64,000 nucleotides of DNA from Vicinamibacteria bacterium (GTDB taxonomy: Bacteria; Acidobacteriota; Vicinamibacteria; Marinacidobacterales; Marinacidobacteraceae). Below, piece by piece: positions 19,482 through 29,939 of this stretch. The stretch is taken from NCBI GenBank assembly GCA_963668695.2, contig CAXXLQ010000004.1, positions 448,001 through 512,000 of the forward strand, written 5' to 3'. The notes beneath the pieces are model-generated. The model had not been told where the DNA came from and searched no databases. It saw only the letters and a program-made list of their open reading frames with translations. Position 1 is the first letter of the stretch. Each line of letters begins with the position of its first letter. A program made the position numbers and the translations under genes.

Positions 19482-19721
19482 TCAGCCCCGCGGCTGCGAG
19501 GCGCACGCCGCCGAGCAGAACGTCCGGCCGTCCCGGATGACCGCCCGTTCTTCGGGGACGTGCAGATCGCACCGCTCGCATCCCACCACCCGGCCGCGCA
19601 GCTCGGCCCCGCCGGAACTTGTCGGTGGCGGGCTCGCCGGCCGGCTGAAGAGCGCCCGAACGACTTTCCACACCACGCGCGCCGCGATCAGCGCCAAAAG
19701 GATCTGGAGGAAGCGGGCCAT
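19482..19721 (-). CDS. PP0621-like small membrane protein with zinc-finger-like motif
   Basis: N-terminal TM helix; CERCDLHVP...FCSAAC. Confidence 0.75.
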   Translation of the reverse strand: MARFLQILLALIAARVVWKVVRALFSRPASPPPTSSGGAELRGRVVGCERCDLHVPEERAVIRDGRTFCSAACASQPRG

Positions 19722-19758
19722 GGCCGATGCCCGATCTTAGTGGCGGCGGTGTTGACAG

Positions 19759-20346
19759 CTATGGATGTGCGGAGCGAAGCGACTCGATCTGAGCCCGGAG
19801 CGCCACCGCCTCGGGCGAACCGGGCGCAGCGGCGATCGCGCGCTCCCAGAGCTCGATACCGGCTTCCAGATCCTGTTCCGCAAACAGGCGCACCTGGCCG
19901 AGGGCGACCAGACTCTCGAAGTGTTCGGGGTCTTCCTCCAGCACGCGCTCGTAGGCCGCGACGGCCGCGGCCACGTCCCCAACCCCGAGCTGGGCAAACG
20001 CCACGCGGCTGCGGATGTCGAGGTCCGACGGATCGAGGTTTCGCGCCTGCTGGAGCCAGTACACCGCTTTGCTGAAATCCCGCGCGTCCAGGTACAGCTC
20101 TCCGACCGCGGCGCGCGCCGCCGGCTCCTCGGGCCGCGCTTCAACGGCGTCGAGGAGAGCCTCCAGGGCATCCGGGTTCACGGGTCGCGCCTCGGGAGCT
20201 GAGGCCACTTCCGGCGCCGGAGGCGGCGCCGGAGGCAACGCCGCGGGCGCCTGCGGTCCGGAGGATCCGGAAACCAGGAAACCGACCAGGACCCCGAACA
20301 CCAGCCCGGCCCCGAAGAAGAGGGCGCGCTCGGACAGGGCGCTCAT
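19759..20346 (-). CDS. Membrane-anchored TPR protein
   Basis: N-terminal TM, Pro-rich linker, TPR-like helices. Confidence 0.75.
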   Translation of the reverse strand: MSALSERALFFGAGLVFGVLVGFLVSGSSGPQAPAALPPAPPPAPEVASAPEARPVNPDALEALLDAVEARPEEPAARAAVGELYLDARDFSKAVYWLQQARNLDPSDLDIRSRVAFAQLGVGDVAAAVAAYERVLEEDPEHFESLVALGQVRLFAEQDLEAGIELWERAIAAAPGSPEAVALRAQIESLRSAHP

Positions 20347-21878
20347 CCGGTCACCGAAATCTTGCCGGGGTGGGAACGGCGCGACTCGAGGAGCGAGCGC
20401 CCTCCAACGTAGAGGTAGCCCGCCGCAAACAACAGCAGGAAGGGCGCCGAGGCCGCCACCCCTTCCACGACGGCGTAGAGGGTGGCGCCCGCCAACACGA
20501 GTCCCAGACCGAACTCCAGCGCCGGGATGGCGCCGCCGGGCATCCGGTAGGACTTGCCGCGCCAGGGGTCACCCGTCTGGGCAATGCCGTACTTGGGCGT
20601 CCGGACGAAAGGGGTCGGCCGGCCGAGCACGCCGGCAAGCACCGCGGCGGCGTTGCTGAAGGAGAGGCCGATGCCCACGGCGAGGGCCGCGGGAATTCCC
20701 CGCACCCGGCGCCAGAGCCCCTCCCGCTCGCCTGGCGGCTGAAGACGGAGCAGCCGGCTCTGGGAAAAGGCGTAGAAGGACACCACCGAGAAGGTGGCAG
20801 CGGCGAAGATCGGAATGTCGAGGAGCGCCATTTCCCGGAGTCCGGTGCTCACCCGGGCGAAGAGCACCGGCGCCATGAGCAGGCTCAGCACCGCCATCAA
20901 CGGATAGGCAAGGTTGCTCGTGAGGTGGAAGAACGCCTCCGCCCGGACCCGCAGCGGCAGCCGGGAGGCCAGGATCTGCGGCAGCAACTTCCGGGCGGTC
21001 TGGAGCGATCCCTGAGCCCAGCGGCGCTGCTGCGCCTTGAAGGCGTTCATCGAGACCGGAAGCTCGGCCGGGGCTGCGATCTCGGGCACGAACACGAAAC
21101 GCCACCCCCGGAGCTGGGCGCGGTAGGAGAGGTCGAGATCCTCGGTCAGCGTGTCCCCTTGCCAGCCTCCGGCGTCGTCGATCGCCGCCCGCCGCCAGAT
21201 TCCCGCCGTGCCGTTGAAGTTGAAAAAGCAACCCGAGACGTGACGCCCGCCGTGCTCCGTTATGAAGTGCCCATCCAGGAGAATGGCCTGGACGTCGGTC
21301 AGGAGCGAGTAGTCACGGTTCAGATGGTCCCAGCGGGCCTGGACGAGGCCGGTCCGCTCGTCGCCGAGCAGATACGGGAGCGCCTCCTGTAAGAAGTCGG
21401 GTTTGGGAACGAAATCGGCGTCAAAGATCGCCACGAACGGCGCCTCCGACGCGTCGAGGCCGACCTGAAGAGCCCCGGCCTTGAAGCCTCGGCGGTCGGT
21501 CCGGTGGATGCGGCAGATATCGAGCCCGGCAGCCACGCATTCCGCCACCACCCGGTCGGCGATTGTCCCGGTGTCATCCGTTGAGTCATCGAGCACCTGC
21601 ACGCTGAGGCGCGACCGCGGATAGTCGAGCGCCGCCACCGCGCGGATCAACCGCTCGACGACGTAGCGCTCGTTGAACACCGGAAGTTGGATGAGCACCG
21701 CCGGCGGCTCACGCTCGAGAAGCGGAGCTCCGCGCATCCGCATCCGTTCGGCGGCCGCTCCCGCCCGGGCGCCGTACCGGCTGAGCCGGTACACAAGCAC
21801 GTAGCGATGGGAGCCGTAGATCGAGAGCAGCAGCAGGACGACGAAATAGATGGTCAGGACGGCATCGGCGAGGGACAA
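20343..21878 (-). CDS. GT2 processive glycosyltransferase (cellulose-synthase-like)
   Basis: QLPVFNE, DDSTD, KAGAL, FDADF, TEDLD, QQRRW; TTG start inferred. Confidence 0.9.
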   Translation of the reverse strand: MSLADAVLTIYFVVLLLLSIYGSHRYVLVYRLSRYGARAGAAAERMRMRGAPLLEREPPAVLIQLPVFNERYVVERLIRAVAALDYPRSRLSVQVLDDSTDDTGTIADRVVAECVAAGLDICRIHRTDRRGFKAGALQVGLDASEAPFVAIFDADFVPKPDFLQEALPYLLGDERTGLVQARWDHLNRDYSLLTDVQAILLDGHFITEHGGRHVSGCFFNFNGTAGIWRRAAIDDAGGWQGDTLTEDLDLSYRAQLRGWRFVFVPEIAAPAELPVSMNAFKAQQRRWAQGSLQTARKLLPQILASRLPLRVRAEAFFHLTSNLAYPLMAVLSLLMAPVLFARVSTGLREMALLDIPIFAAATFSVVSFYAFSQSRLLRLQPPGEREGLWRRVRGIPAALAVGIGLSFSNAAAVLAGVLGRPTPFVRTPKYGIAQTGDPWRGKSYRMPGGAIPALEFGLGLVLAGATLYAVVEGVAASAPFLLLFAAGYLYVGGRSLLESRRSHPGKISVTG

Positions 21879-21962
21879 GGGAGTGCATTGTGACGCCGCC
21901 GGCCCGTGGGCGCCCCGAGAGTTCGCGGTCCCGCGGGGTGGTTCGTACACACTCCCCGCCGC

Positions 21963-23291
21963 GTGAACTGGCGATCGTTGGCAGGACTCGGTGGAGTCCA
22001 TGTTCTGCTGGCGGGCGCCCTCTCCACGGTGCTCGAAAGCGCCGCCGGGTTCTGGTGGCACTTCGGAGTCCACGCCCTGCTGTTCGTCCCGCTGGCGCTC
22101 GTGGTCAGCTCAGCCATTCGCGGAGAGAGCTCTCCCGGACGGCGGCAGCTCCTGATCGTCCTGGTCGCCGCGGCTCTGAGCCGCGCGTTGCTCCTGCCCA
22201 CGACTCCCACGCTCTCGGGCGACGTGTACCGGATGGCCTGGGAAGCGCAGGTGGTGCTCGAGGGCAAGGACCCCTGGGCGCAGCCGCCGGACGATCCGGC
22301 GCTGGCCGAGATCGCGGCGGCCCACCCGGAACTGCGGGAGCGGGTCGGGTACTGGAAGCTGCCCGCCATTTATCCGCCGTTCGCGCAGCTCTTCGCCGCC
22401 GGCGTGGGCTGGATCTCGCCGAGCGTCATGGCCCTGAAGGCAGCGCTCCTCCTCGCCGAAGCGGCGTTGATCCTGGCCCTGATCGCACTTCTCCGGCGCC
22501 GCGGGTTGAATCCCCTGCTGGTTGCGGCCTACGCCTGGAATCCGCTGGCGCTCACCGAGATTGCCGGTAGCGGACACGGCGACGCCCTCGCGGTAGCCCT
22601 CCTCCTGCTGGCCGTCCTGGCGCTCGAACGGGGCCGGGCGGCGGGCGGCGCCGCGCTCGCCGCGCTCTCGGGAATGACCAAGTTCGCGGGGTTCGTGCTC
22701 ATCCCCTTCGTGCTGCGCGAGGCCGGGGAGCGCCGCCGCCGGTTGGCCGCGCTGGGGGTCGCGGGCGGCGTCGTTCTCCTCGCCCTGCTGCCCTTCCTGA
22801 CGCCGGAGCGGCTGGCGGACGGCGTCGCCGCGAGGTTCGGAGAGTTCGGGGCGAGCCTCTGGCACTACGCCCGCCACTGGCGCTTCAACGACAGCCTGTT
22901 CTCCCCGCTGGAAGCCGTCCTCGGGGACGCCGCGCGCCCGGCGGCGTTCGCAGCCCTGCTGGTGCTGGGTGCGGTCCTGGTCATCCGGCGCTGCCCCCCG
23001 GGGCTCGCGATCGGCAGCCTGGCGGGAGCCGCCTTCCTTCTCTCGCCGGTAGCCCACCCCTGGTACCTGCTGTGGTCGCTCCCCTTCCTCGTCCTCCATC
23101 CCGAGCGCCGCGGACTGCTGGCCGGCGGCCTGACGCTGACACTGACCGTGGCGCTCAGCTACCACGCCTTCTGGAACGTCCCCGTGGGACTCGACTGGAC
23201 TCTGCCCGCGTGGGTCCGGATCGCGGAATACCTTCCGGTTCCGCTGGCCGCCTTCCTTTGCGCCCGGCCCGGCCGGGCGCGGTCTCTTTAA
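21963..23291 (+). CDS. GT-C fold (GT87-like) polytopic membrane glycosyltransferase
   Basis: LSGDVYR, IYPP, YAWNPL..E...GH.D, HPWY; start approximate. Confidence 0.75.
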   Translation: MNWRSLAGLGGVHVLLAGALSTVLESAAGFWWHFGVHALLFVPLALVVSSAIRGESSPGRRQLLIVLVAAALSRALLLPTTPTLSGDVYRMAWEAQVVLEGKDPWAQPPDDPALAEIAAAHPELRERVGYWKLPAIYPPFAQLFAAGVGWISPSVMALKAALLLAEAALILALIALLRRRGLNPLLVAAYAWNPLALTEIAGSGHGDALAVALLLLAVLALERGRAAGGAALAALSGMTKFAGFVLIPFVLREAGERRRRLAALGVAGGVVLLALLPFLTPERLADGVAARFGEFGASLWHYARHWRFNDSLFSPLEAVLGDAARPAAFAALLVLGAVLVIRRCPPGLAIGSLAGAAFLLSPVAHPWYLLWSLPFLVLHPERRGLLAGGLTLTLTVALSYHAFWNVPVGLDWTLPAWVRIAEYLPVPLAAFLCARPGRARSL

Positions 23292-24079
23292 CCCTCCGGC
23301 TCCGACTCCAGGCGGCGGAAATGCGCCACCGCCAGGGCGGCGGCGTAGCCACCGCCGAAGCCGTTGTCGATGTTGACGACGGTGACCCCCGGAGCGCAAC
23401 TGTTGAGCAGCGAGAGCAGCGCGGTGAGGCCTCCCCAGGAAGCTCCGTACCCGGTTGAGGTGGGGACGGCGATGATCGGGCACGGAACGAGACCCGCAAC
23501 CACCGGAGCCAGCGCCGCTTCCATGCCGGCGACCACCACCAGCGCGTGAAGAGCGCGGAACCCCGAGGCCTCGGCGAGAAGCCGCTGGATGCCGCTGACG
23601 CCGATATCGAAGGTCCGCCGGACCTCGGCGCCCATGAGCTCCGCGGTGAGGGCCGCCTCCTCGGCGACCGTGATGTCCGAAGTCCCCGCCGAAACCACCC
23701 CGATCCGGGCGCCTGTCGGCGAGGGCGAACTGCGGGAAACCACCACCGCCCTGGCCTCTTCCCGCCAGACCGCTCCCGGGATGTCCGTCAGGACGGCCCG
23801 CGCCGTTTCCGGCGAAACGCGGGTCACGAGGGTCTGCCCGGCCGTTTCCGAGAGCGCCCGGACGATCGCGACGACCTGCTCCGCGCTCTTGCCCTCGGCC
23901 AGCACCACTTCGGGGAAACCCCGGCGGAGTTCCCGGTGGTGGTCGAGGCGCGCGAAAGGCGTCTTGCCGTCTTCGCCGACCATTTCAAAAGGAAAGCGCA
24001 GCCGCTGCTCCGCTTCCTGAGGCGTCACCTCGCCGGAGGCGATGTCGTTCAGCAGGCGGCGCAGGGACTCATCGTTCAT
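23288..24079 (-). CDS. larB: Nickel pincer cofactor biosynthesis protein LarB (PurE-like)
   Basis: RLDHHRELRRGFPEV, AGTSD, VVAGME, VPTSTGYG, VVNIDNGFG. Confidence 0.92.
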   Translation of the reverse strand: MNDESLRRLLNDIASGEVTPQEAEQRLRFPFEMVGEDGKTPFARLDHHRELRRGFPEVVLAEGKSAEQVVAIVRALSETAGQTLVTRVSPETARAVLTDIPGAVWREEARAVVVSRSSPSPTGARIGVVSAGTSDITVAEEAALTAELMGAEVRRTFDIGVSGIQRLLAEASGFRALHALVVVAGMEAALAPVVAGLVPCPIIAVPTSTGYGASWGGLTALLSLLNSCAPGVTVVNIDNGFGGGYAAALAVAHFRRLESEPEG

Positions 24080-24191
24080 CGGCGGGGGAGTGTGGCACGT
24101 GGCTTGGGGGGAGATGCGGGCGCTCGCTTCTGCATGTTCCGGCTGACTCGATGGAACGAGGCGGCATTCTCATACTCAGAGTAAGATTCTT

Positions 24192-24494
24192 GTGATGCAG
24201 CGCGTCACCATCACCCTTCCCGAAGCCGTGGTTCTTGAAGTCGATCGCGAGGCGCGCAACCGGAGCCGCTTTGTGTTGGAGGCGATACGGCGAGAGCTTC
24301 GCCATCGGCGCCAGCAAGCCCTTCGCCGCTCGCTCGAAAACCCGCACGAGGAGGCATGCGCGTTGGCAGACGCCGGATTCGATGAGTGGGCCTCGTCGCT
24401 GCCTGACGAAAGCGTCGCCGAAATAGTCCATCTTGAGGGTGGAGAACCAGTCCGGTGGAACCCCGGTAGCGGCTGGCAGACGAACGAGTCTTGA
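24192..24494 (+). CDS. Ribbon-helix-helix antitoxin-like protein
   Basis: RVTITLP...NRSRFVLEAI; overlaps the downstream toxin gene. Confidence 0.7.
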   Translation: MMQRVTITLPEAVVLEVDREARNRSRFVLEAIRRELRHRRQQALRRSLENPHEEACALADAGFDEWASSLPDESVAEIVHLEGGEPVRWNPGSGWQTNES

Positions 24495-24835
24495 ACCTTG
24501 ATCGTGGCTCGGTTGTCCTGGTGGACCTTGATCCCACGCTGGGACATGAACAGCGCGGAGTCCGGCGCTGTGTCCTGGTGAGTGATGCCGAGGTGGTGGC
24601 CGAAGCGCGCTTCCCCCTGGTCGCCGTGGTGCCCGTTTCTCGAAGGGCTGGCGAGGGCGCCCTCTACCCGTTGCTCCGCCCGGGCGCCAGCGGTCTCCTC
24701 CAGGTGTCCTGGGCGTTGACGGACCAGGTGCGATCTGTGGACAAGCGACGCATTCGCCGGCTCTTCGGAAAAGTCTCCCCCGACGAGATTCGGGCCATTG
24801 ACGAGGGTCTGCAACTGTTCCTCGGGCTCTACTAG
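24491..24835 (+). CDS. PemK/MazF-family toxin
   Basis: RGSVVLVDLDPTLGHEQRGVRRC, DQVRSVDKRRI; its stop TAG coincides with the MITE target CTAG. Confidence 0.9.
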   Translation: MNLDRGSVVLVDLDPTLGHEQRGVRRCVLVSDAEVVAEARFPLVAVVPVSRRAGEGALYPLLRPGASGLLQVSWALTDQVRSVDKRRIRRLFGKVSPDEIRAIDEGLQLFLGLY

Positions 24836-25069
24836 CAGCCTGTGGTGAAACCCGGGTGAGCGCCGAGGCCGGCCAGTTCTCCCGGTGGGGGCGAGGCGCC
24901 CGGCTGACAAGGCGCGTGAGGGAGGAGCCCCCACCGGGAGAACTGGCCCGGGTGTATTTCGACCGAAACGCAACGAAGAGCGGAGCGAAGCGGAGTGGTT
25001 CAGCCGGGATGGATCGCCGGCCGAGCCCCCACCGGGAGAACTGGGCCGCGTGGGTTTCACCACCGGCTG
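24836..25069. mobile_element. MITE family A with three inserted units (234 bp)
   Basis: TIRs; left flank CTAG; 18-mers at 24873, 24929 and 25027. Confidence 0.85.
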
Positions 25070-25226
25070 CTGAAGCCGACCTCGGCCTCCCCACGGCTTG
25101 GCCGCATACACAGCCGGGCATCGCCCAGCGAAGGCCGCGTAATGTCGTGTCCGCGACCATCTTGGGATCCACCTTTGGATTCTGACTCGCTCTGGAAGAG
25201 AATCCTGGGGACGGCATATTTGCCTC

Positions 25227-25451
25227 ATGAAGACAATCATTGATATTCCTGGTGGCGAACTGGAGGATGCCATGCGCTTCAGCGGCGCGAAGACCAAGCG
25301 GGAGGCGGTGGTGACAGCGCTCGCGGATTTCAATCGACGGCGCCGCATGGCGGAGCTCATCGCCTGCGCGGGCACCTGTCCCGATCTGATGACCGTGGAG
25401 GAGCTACGGGCGGATCGGCGCCGCCGGGAGGATTCCGTTGATCCTGATTGA
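25227..25451 (+). CDS. vapB: VapB-family antitoxin
   Basis: MKTIIDI...GAKTKREAVVTAL pattern. Confidence 0.8.
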   Translation: MKTIIDIPGGELEDAMRFSGAKTKREAVVTALADFNRRRRMAELIACAGTCPDLMTVEELRADRRRREDSVDPD

Positions 25452-25575
25452 CACGTCGTCATGGATTCATTTGCTGCGGCCGTCCGCAGATCCCGCCGGC
25501 ACGGCGCCGGGCTTGAATCGGCGGACACGGACTTCGAACGGCTGGCCGGCATCTCCCCTGCCGGGGTTGTCTGAC
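25438..25575 (+). pseudogene. vapC (PIN domain) remnant with internal deletion
   Basis: TTG-ILIDTSSWIHLLR N-terminus and an out-of-frame ADTDFERLA C-terminal motif less than 100 bp apart. Confidence 0.65.
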
Positions 25576-25626
25576 CCCCGCGCGGAATAGCCCCCGCGAC
25601 CGGTCCGCCCTCGGTATCCTGACCCG

Positions 25627-27429
25627 ATGGTGGAGCGGGAGGCGTTTCGGGAGCAGGTTCGCGAATCGAGCGACATCGTCGACGTGATCGGGGAGGCGGT
25701 GGCGCTTCGCCCGGCGGGACCCGGGCGCTACACCGGGCTGTGCCCGTTCCACAACGAGACGGCCCCGTCCTTCCACGTCAACGCGGAACGCGGTTTCTTC
25801 CACTGTTTCGGCTGCAAGGAGAGCGGTGACGTCTTCGGTTACCTGATGAAGCGCGAAGGCCTCTCCTTTCCCGAGGCTCTCCATCAACTGGCGCGTCGCG
25901 CCGGGATCCCGATTCCCGAAGCCGACCCCAGGAAGGCCTCCCGCGACGAGAAGCTTCGGGCCGCCAACCGGAAAGCGCTCGACTACTACCAGCGCGCCCT
26001 GCGGAGCGAGGCCGGCGCCCGGGCGCGCGCCTATCTCAAGAAACGTGACATCACCCAAAGCACGATCACCGAGCACGGCCTGGGATTCGCCCCGGACCGC
26101 TGGGACGACCTCACGACCACCCTCGAAAAGTCCGGGATCACCCGCGCGACCCTGATCGAAGCGGGACTCACGCGGGAGGCCCCCCGCGGCGGACACCGGG
26201 ACTTCTTCCGGAGCCGCCTCATCGTTCCCATCCTTGACGGCCAGGGGCGTGCCGCCGGCTTTGCCGGCCGGAGCCTCGACGGGTCGGAGCCGAAGTACAT
26301 CAACAGTCCCGACACCCCCGTGTATCGGAAGCGTTCCGTCCTTTACGGCTTGCATCGGGCGCGAAGCGCCATCCGCCGCGAGCGCACCGCCATCCTGTTC
26401 GAGGGGTATTTCGATTGCCTGTCGGCCTGGCAGGCGGGAATTGCGGGTGCGGTGGCCGTGTGCGGCACCGCCCTGACGCCGGAGCACGCGAAGCTGTTGG
26501 CGTCCCAGGCTCGCGACATCGTGCTCGCCTTCGACGCCGACGCGGGGGGAAGACGCGCCACCCTCGCGAGCCTGCCGATCCTCCTCGAGGCGCAGCTCCG
26601 GGTGCGGGTGGCTCCCCTTTCCGGCGGGCGCGACCCTGACGACGTCATCCGCGAAGAAGGCGCCGCCAACTTTCGGGAGGCGATCCGGACGGCTCCGGCG
26701 TTCGTGGAGTTCCTCGTCCACGAGGCGCTCCAGCGAGCCCATTCCGCCGCCGGCGGCGGCCGGGCGGCGGCGGCCCGGGAGGTCATCGAGATCATCGCCC
26801 GGGCGCCAAGCCCCCTCGACCGGGAGGAATGGCTCGGCGAAGCGGCCGGGCCGCTCGGCTTCTCGCTGGAGAGCGCCCGGGAAGAGATGGCGCGGCTCCG
26901 GGGCCGGGCCCGGGGCGGAAGGCCGCGGGCCCAGGATGGCGGGCCGCCCGGCGGGCCGCCCCCTCCAGCCCCGCCCCGGAGGTCACCCACCCCCGCCGAG
27001 CGGGACCTGATCCGCTGGGCGGATGCCAGACCCGACGAGGTCGCGGACCTCCTCCGGCAAGCGGCGCCGGGGGAACTCGAGGGCCTCGCGAGTTCGTCGA
27101 TCCTGCTGGATCTGAAGCAGGCGGCGGACGCCGGCGGCGCCCGGGTCGCCGGCCGGCTCAAGGAACTGGCCGCCGAAGCGTCCGACCGGCAGCGCCTCCT
27201 GATCGAGATCCAGATGGAGCCCGTGGGCCTCAACACCGAAAAGCAGCGTCCGAAGGACTGCCTCGACGCGCTGAGGGTCTTGAGGCTCCGGCAGCAGCAG
27301 GCAAACCTCCGCTCAGCCGCCCGCGGCAGTGGCGACGAAGCCCTCGACGCCCTGTCGAAGTTACAGCGCGTCAGCGAGGAGATTGACCGGCTCCAGGAAG
27401 CCTTGCCGCCGGAGAGCCACCAGGGCTGA
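25627..27429 (+). CDS. dnaG: DNA primase
   Basis: CPFH..CFGC zinc finger, KYINSPDT, EGYFD, FDADAGG. Confidence 0.97.
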   Translation: MVEREAFREQVRESSDIVDVIGEAVALRPAGPGRYTGLCPFHNETAPSFHVNAERGFFHCFGCKESGDVFGYLMKREGLSFPEALHQLARRAGIPIPEADPRKASRDEKLRAANRKALDYYQRALRSEAGARARAYLKKRDITQSTITEHGLGFAPDRWDDLTTTLEKSGITRATLIEAGLTREAPRGGHRDFFRSRLIVPILDGQGRAAGFAGRSLDGSEPKYINSPDTPVYRKRSVLYGLHRARSAIRRERTAILFEGYFDCLSAWQAGIAGAVAVCGTALTPEHAKLLASQARDIVLAFDADAGGRRATLASLPILLEAQLRVRVAPLSGGRDPDDVIREEGAANFREAIRTAPAFVEFLVHEALQRAHSAAGGGRAAAAREVIEIIARAPSPLDREEWLGEAAGPLGFSLESAREEMARLRGRARGGRPRAQDGGPPGGPPPPAPPRRSPTPAERDLIRWADARPDEVADLLRQAAPGELEGLASSSILLDLKQAADAGGARVAGRLKELAAEASDRQRLLIEIQMEPVGLNTEKQRPKDCLDALRVLRLRQQQANLRSAARGSGDEALDALSKLQRVSEEIDRLQEALPPESHQG

Positions 27430-27803
27430 CCCCCCACGCAGGTTCGGCTCTGACGGGTGACAGCTTTGTACATGCTAGAGTGCCCGGTTGCTGTTTAGCG
27501 TTGCCCGGTCGGCAGTCGCGCGGGCTGGACGCCGGACAGACTCGAACTTGCGCGCGCCTGCTGTCCGTTCCCGCCGGGAATTTCCTGTCCAGAGAGTTGG
27601 CGGGACTTTTTCGTCCGATAGCGCGACAGGCTCAATGCGAACAGGCCCGATGCGAAGGCCGGCGAACCCTCATTCGCCGGCCTCACCCCACCTTGCCCGT
27701 GCGGAGCCGGAACTGACACGACCGGCGCCCTTCCTCTTTCGGCGGTACCCCAAGCCGGTAGCGCACACCGTCTGAGGATCGAGATTCGCCCGGAGGATTA
27801 ACC

Positions 27804-29552
27804 ATGGAACACGCGGAAACCCCCGGGTTCGACCTGGAGCTGCTCCGTGATTTCGGAGTCGAAGCCCAGACCGACGAGGTCAAGGCGCTCGTCGCGCTCG
27901 GAAAAGACCGCGGCTATCTGCTCACCGAAGAGGTTCAGGAAGCCTGGGGCGACGACCCTCCCGAGGAGTTTCTCGAAAGCCTGACCGAATGGGGTATCCC
28001 GATCTTCGAGTCCGAAGTGGAATACGAGAAATCCCGGGACGAAAGCGGCGCCAACCTCGACCTGACCCCGAGCGCCATCGAGCGCACCAACGACCCGGTG
28101 CGGATGTATCTCCGCGAAATGGGCGTGGTTCCGCTGCTCGACCGGGAGGGTGAAGTCCGGATCTCGAAGCGCATCGAGCGCGGGAAGAACCGCTCCAAGC
28201 GGGCGATCACCAGACGGCTCTACATCATCAATCAACTGCTTGAGGGCTTCCAGCCACAGATCGAGGCCGACACCATGCAGCTTCGGGAGAACTTCGAGGT
28301 TGCCGAGGGCGGGACCACGATCCGCCACGACCAGCATCGCGAACGGATCCTCGCGGCGATCTCCAGGCTGGAAGTGTCCTACAAGCTGTATCGAAGGCGC
28401 GTGTCTCTGCTTCGAAAAGCGGCCCGCCGCACCCGTGACTATCGGCGCCGGGCAAACGCCGCCGCACGCACGCGTATCGAGATGAGCCATGTCATCTGGA
28501 CCATGCGTCCGACCGACGGCCTGCTCAGCCGCTGGATGGAGGAACTCAAGGGCCTTTGCGAAGACGCGGGCCGGGCGACGTGTGAACTCGATGTTTGCGC
28601 CGCTCTCCGGAGGGAGATCGACGCTTCCGAAGACGCGACGGCCGAAGACAAGACCGCACTCCGCCGCGACGTGATGCGGCGACAGCGCGAAGCCCAGGGC
28701 AGGCTCGACGGCGCTGGCCACGTCATGCCCGAATTCGGCACCACCAAGAAGATCAAGTCGGCACGGCTGGAAGTGCTGCCGGAGCTCGAAGCCGCCGTCG
28801 CCGACATCGACCTTGGCGAGGAACGCGCCCAACTGGCAAAGCAGGACCTCGTGCAGGCCAACCTGCGGCTCGTCGTTTCCATCGCCAAGAAGTACACGAA
28901 CCGCGGGCTCCAGTTCCTGGATCTCATCCAGGAGGGCAACATCGGCCTCATGAAGGCGGTGGACAAGTTCGAGTACCGCCGCGGCTACAAGTTTTCGACC
29001 TACGCCACCTGGTGGATCCGCCAGGCCATCACCCGCGCGATCGCGGACCAGGCTCGGACGATCCGAATCCCGGTGCACATGCACGAGACCATCAACAAGC
29101 TGCACCGGACCCAGCGGAGCTTGGTACAGGAGCTCGGCCGCGAACCGCGTCAGGAGGAAATCGCGGACCGGATGGGCATGACGCCGTCCAAGGTCCGGAA
29201 GGTCATGAAGATCGCCCAGGAACCGATCTCGCTCGAGACCCCGATCGGCGAGGACGACGACGGCCATCTCGGTGACTTCATCAAGGATCCGAACGCCCCC
29301 TCACCGCAGGAGCTCGTCATCAACAAGCGGCTTCAGGAAACCATCGAAGCCGTGTTGAAGACCCTCACCCCGCGCGAAGAAGCCGTCCTCGAAAGCCGGT
29401 TCGGCCTCGGAGGACTCCAGGAAAAGACTCTCGAAGAGGTCGGAAAACAGTTCGAGGTAACCCGCGAGCGCATTCGGCAGATCGAGACGAAGTCCATCCG
29501 CAAACTGCGTCACCCGGCGCGTGCCCGCAAACTGCGGCAATTCTCCGAATGA
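27804..29552 (+). CDS. rpoD: RNA polymerase primary sigma factor
   Basis: [46 protein letters not shown]. Confidence 0.97.
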   Translation: MEHAETPGFDLELLRDFGVEAQTDEVKALVALGKDRGYLLTEEVQEAWGDDPPEEFLESLTEWGIPIFESEVEYEKSRDESGANLDLTPSAIERTNDPVRMYLREMGVVPLLDREGEVRISKRIERGKNRSKRAITRRLYIINQLLEGFQPQIEADTMQLRENFEVAEGGTTIRHDQHRERILAAISRLEVSYKLYRRRVSLLRKAARRTRDYRRRANAAARTRIEMSHVIWTMRPTDGLLSRWMEELKGLCEDAGRATCELDVCAALRREIDASEDATAEDKTALRRDVMRRQREAQGRLDGAGHVMPEFGTTKKIKSARLEVLPELEAAVADIDLGEERAQLAKQDLVQANLRLVVSIAKKYTNRGLQFLDLIQEGNIGLMKAVDKFEYRRGYKFSTYATWWIRQAITRAIADQARTIRIPVHMHETINKLHRTQRSLVQELGREPRQEEIADRMGMTPSKVRKVMKIAQEPISLETPIGEDDDGHLGDFIKDPNAPSPQELVINKRLQETIEAVLKTLTPREEAVLESRFGLGGLQEKTLEEVGKQFEVTRERIRQIETKSIRKLRHPARARKLRQFSE

Positions 29553-29559
29553 TCCCGAG

Positions 29560-29756
29560 CAGCCTGTGGACAAAGTCACATGGCGTTCGGCGCGCGATCC
29601 ATCCCGGCGGAACCGCCCCCCCACCGGGAGAACTGGCGCTTCGCACCGCTCGGCGTTGCGCTTCGGTCGAAATACGCCCGGTATTCCTCCCTCGCGCGCC
29701 TTGTCCGCCTGGCGCCTCCCGCGCCTCGGCGCTCACGCGACTTTGTCCACAGACTA
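29560..29756. mobile_element. MITE family A with one inserted unit (197 bp), inverted orientation
   Basis: CAGCCTGTGGACAAAGTC/GACTTTGTCCACAGACTA termini; 18-mer at 29619. Confidence 0.85.
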
Positions 29757-29779
29757 CTCAGCGGCCCCTTCGATCGGCC

Positions 29780-29852
29780 GGGCCCATAGCTCAGTGGTTA
29801 GAGCGGCCGGCTCATAACCGGTTGGTCCCAGGTTCGAGTCCTGGTGGGCCCA
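29780..29852 (+). tRNA. tRNA with CAT anticodon, probably tRNA-Ile2 (lysidine type); CCA not encoded
   Basis: Acceptor stem GGGCCCA/TGGGCCC, D arm AGCTCAGTGGTTAGAGC, loop CTCATAA, T loop GGTTCGAGTCC; resembles ileX in sequence and in position after rpoD. Confidence 0.9.
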
Positions 29853-29939
29853 CCGGCCGCAGTTTCACCGGAGTCCGCGGGTCGTCCGTCCGGTTGCTCC
29901 GCATCGCGCGTAGCGCGCCTCCCGAGAGGGGCTGACACA

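Noticed and set aside
27430-27803. Possible ncRNA or riboswitch in the dnaG-rpoD spacer
   Set aside because: Only a weak extended -10-like motif (TGCTAGAGT); no recognisable RNA family.
29780-29860. tRNA 3' end (CCCACCGG) as the source of the 18-mer or as an integration site
   Set aside because: Only an 8-nt GC-rich match; no integrase or duplicated att sequence nearby.
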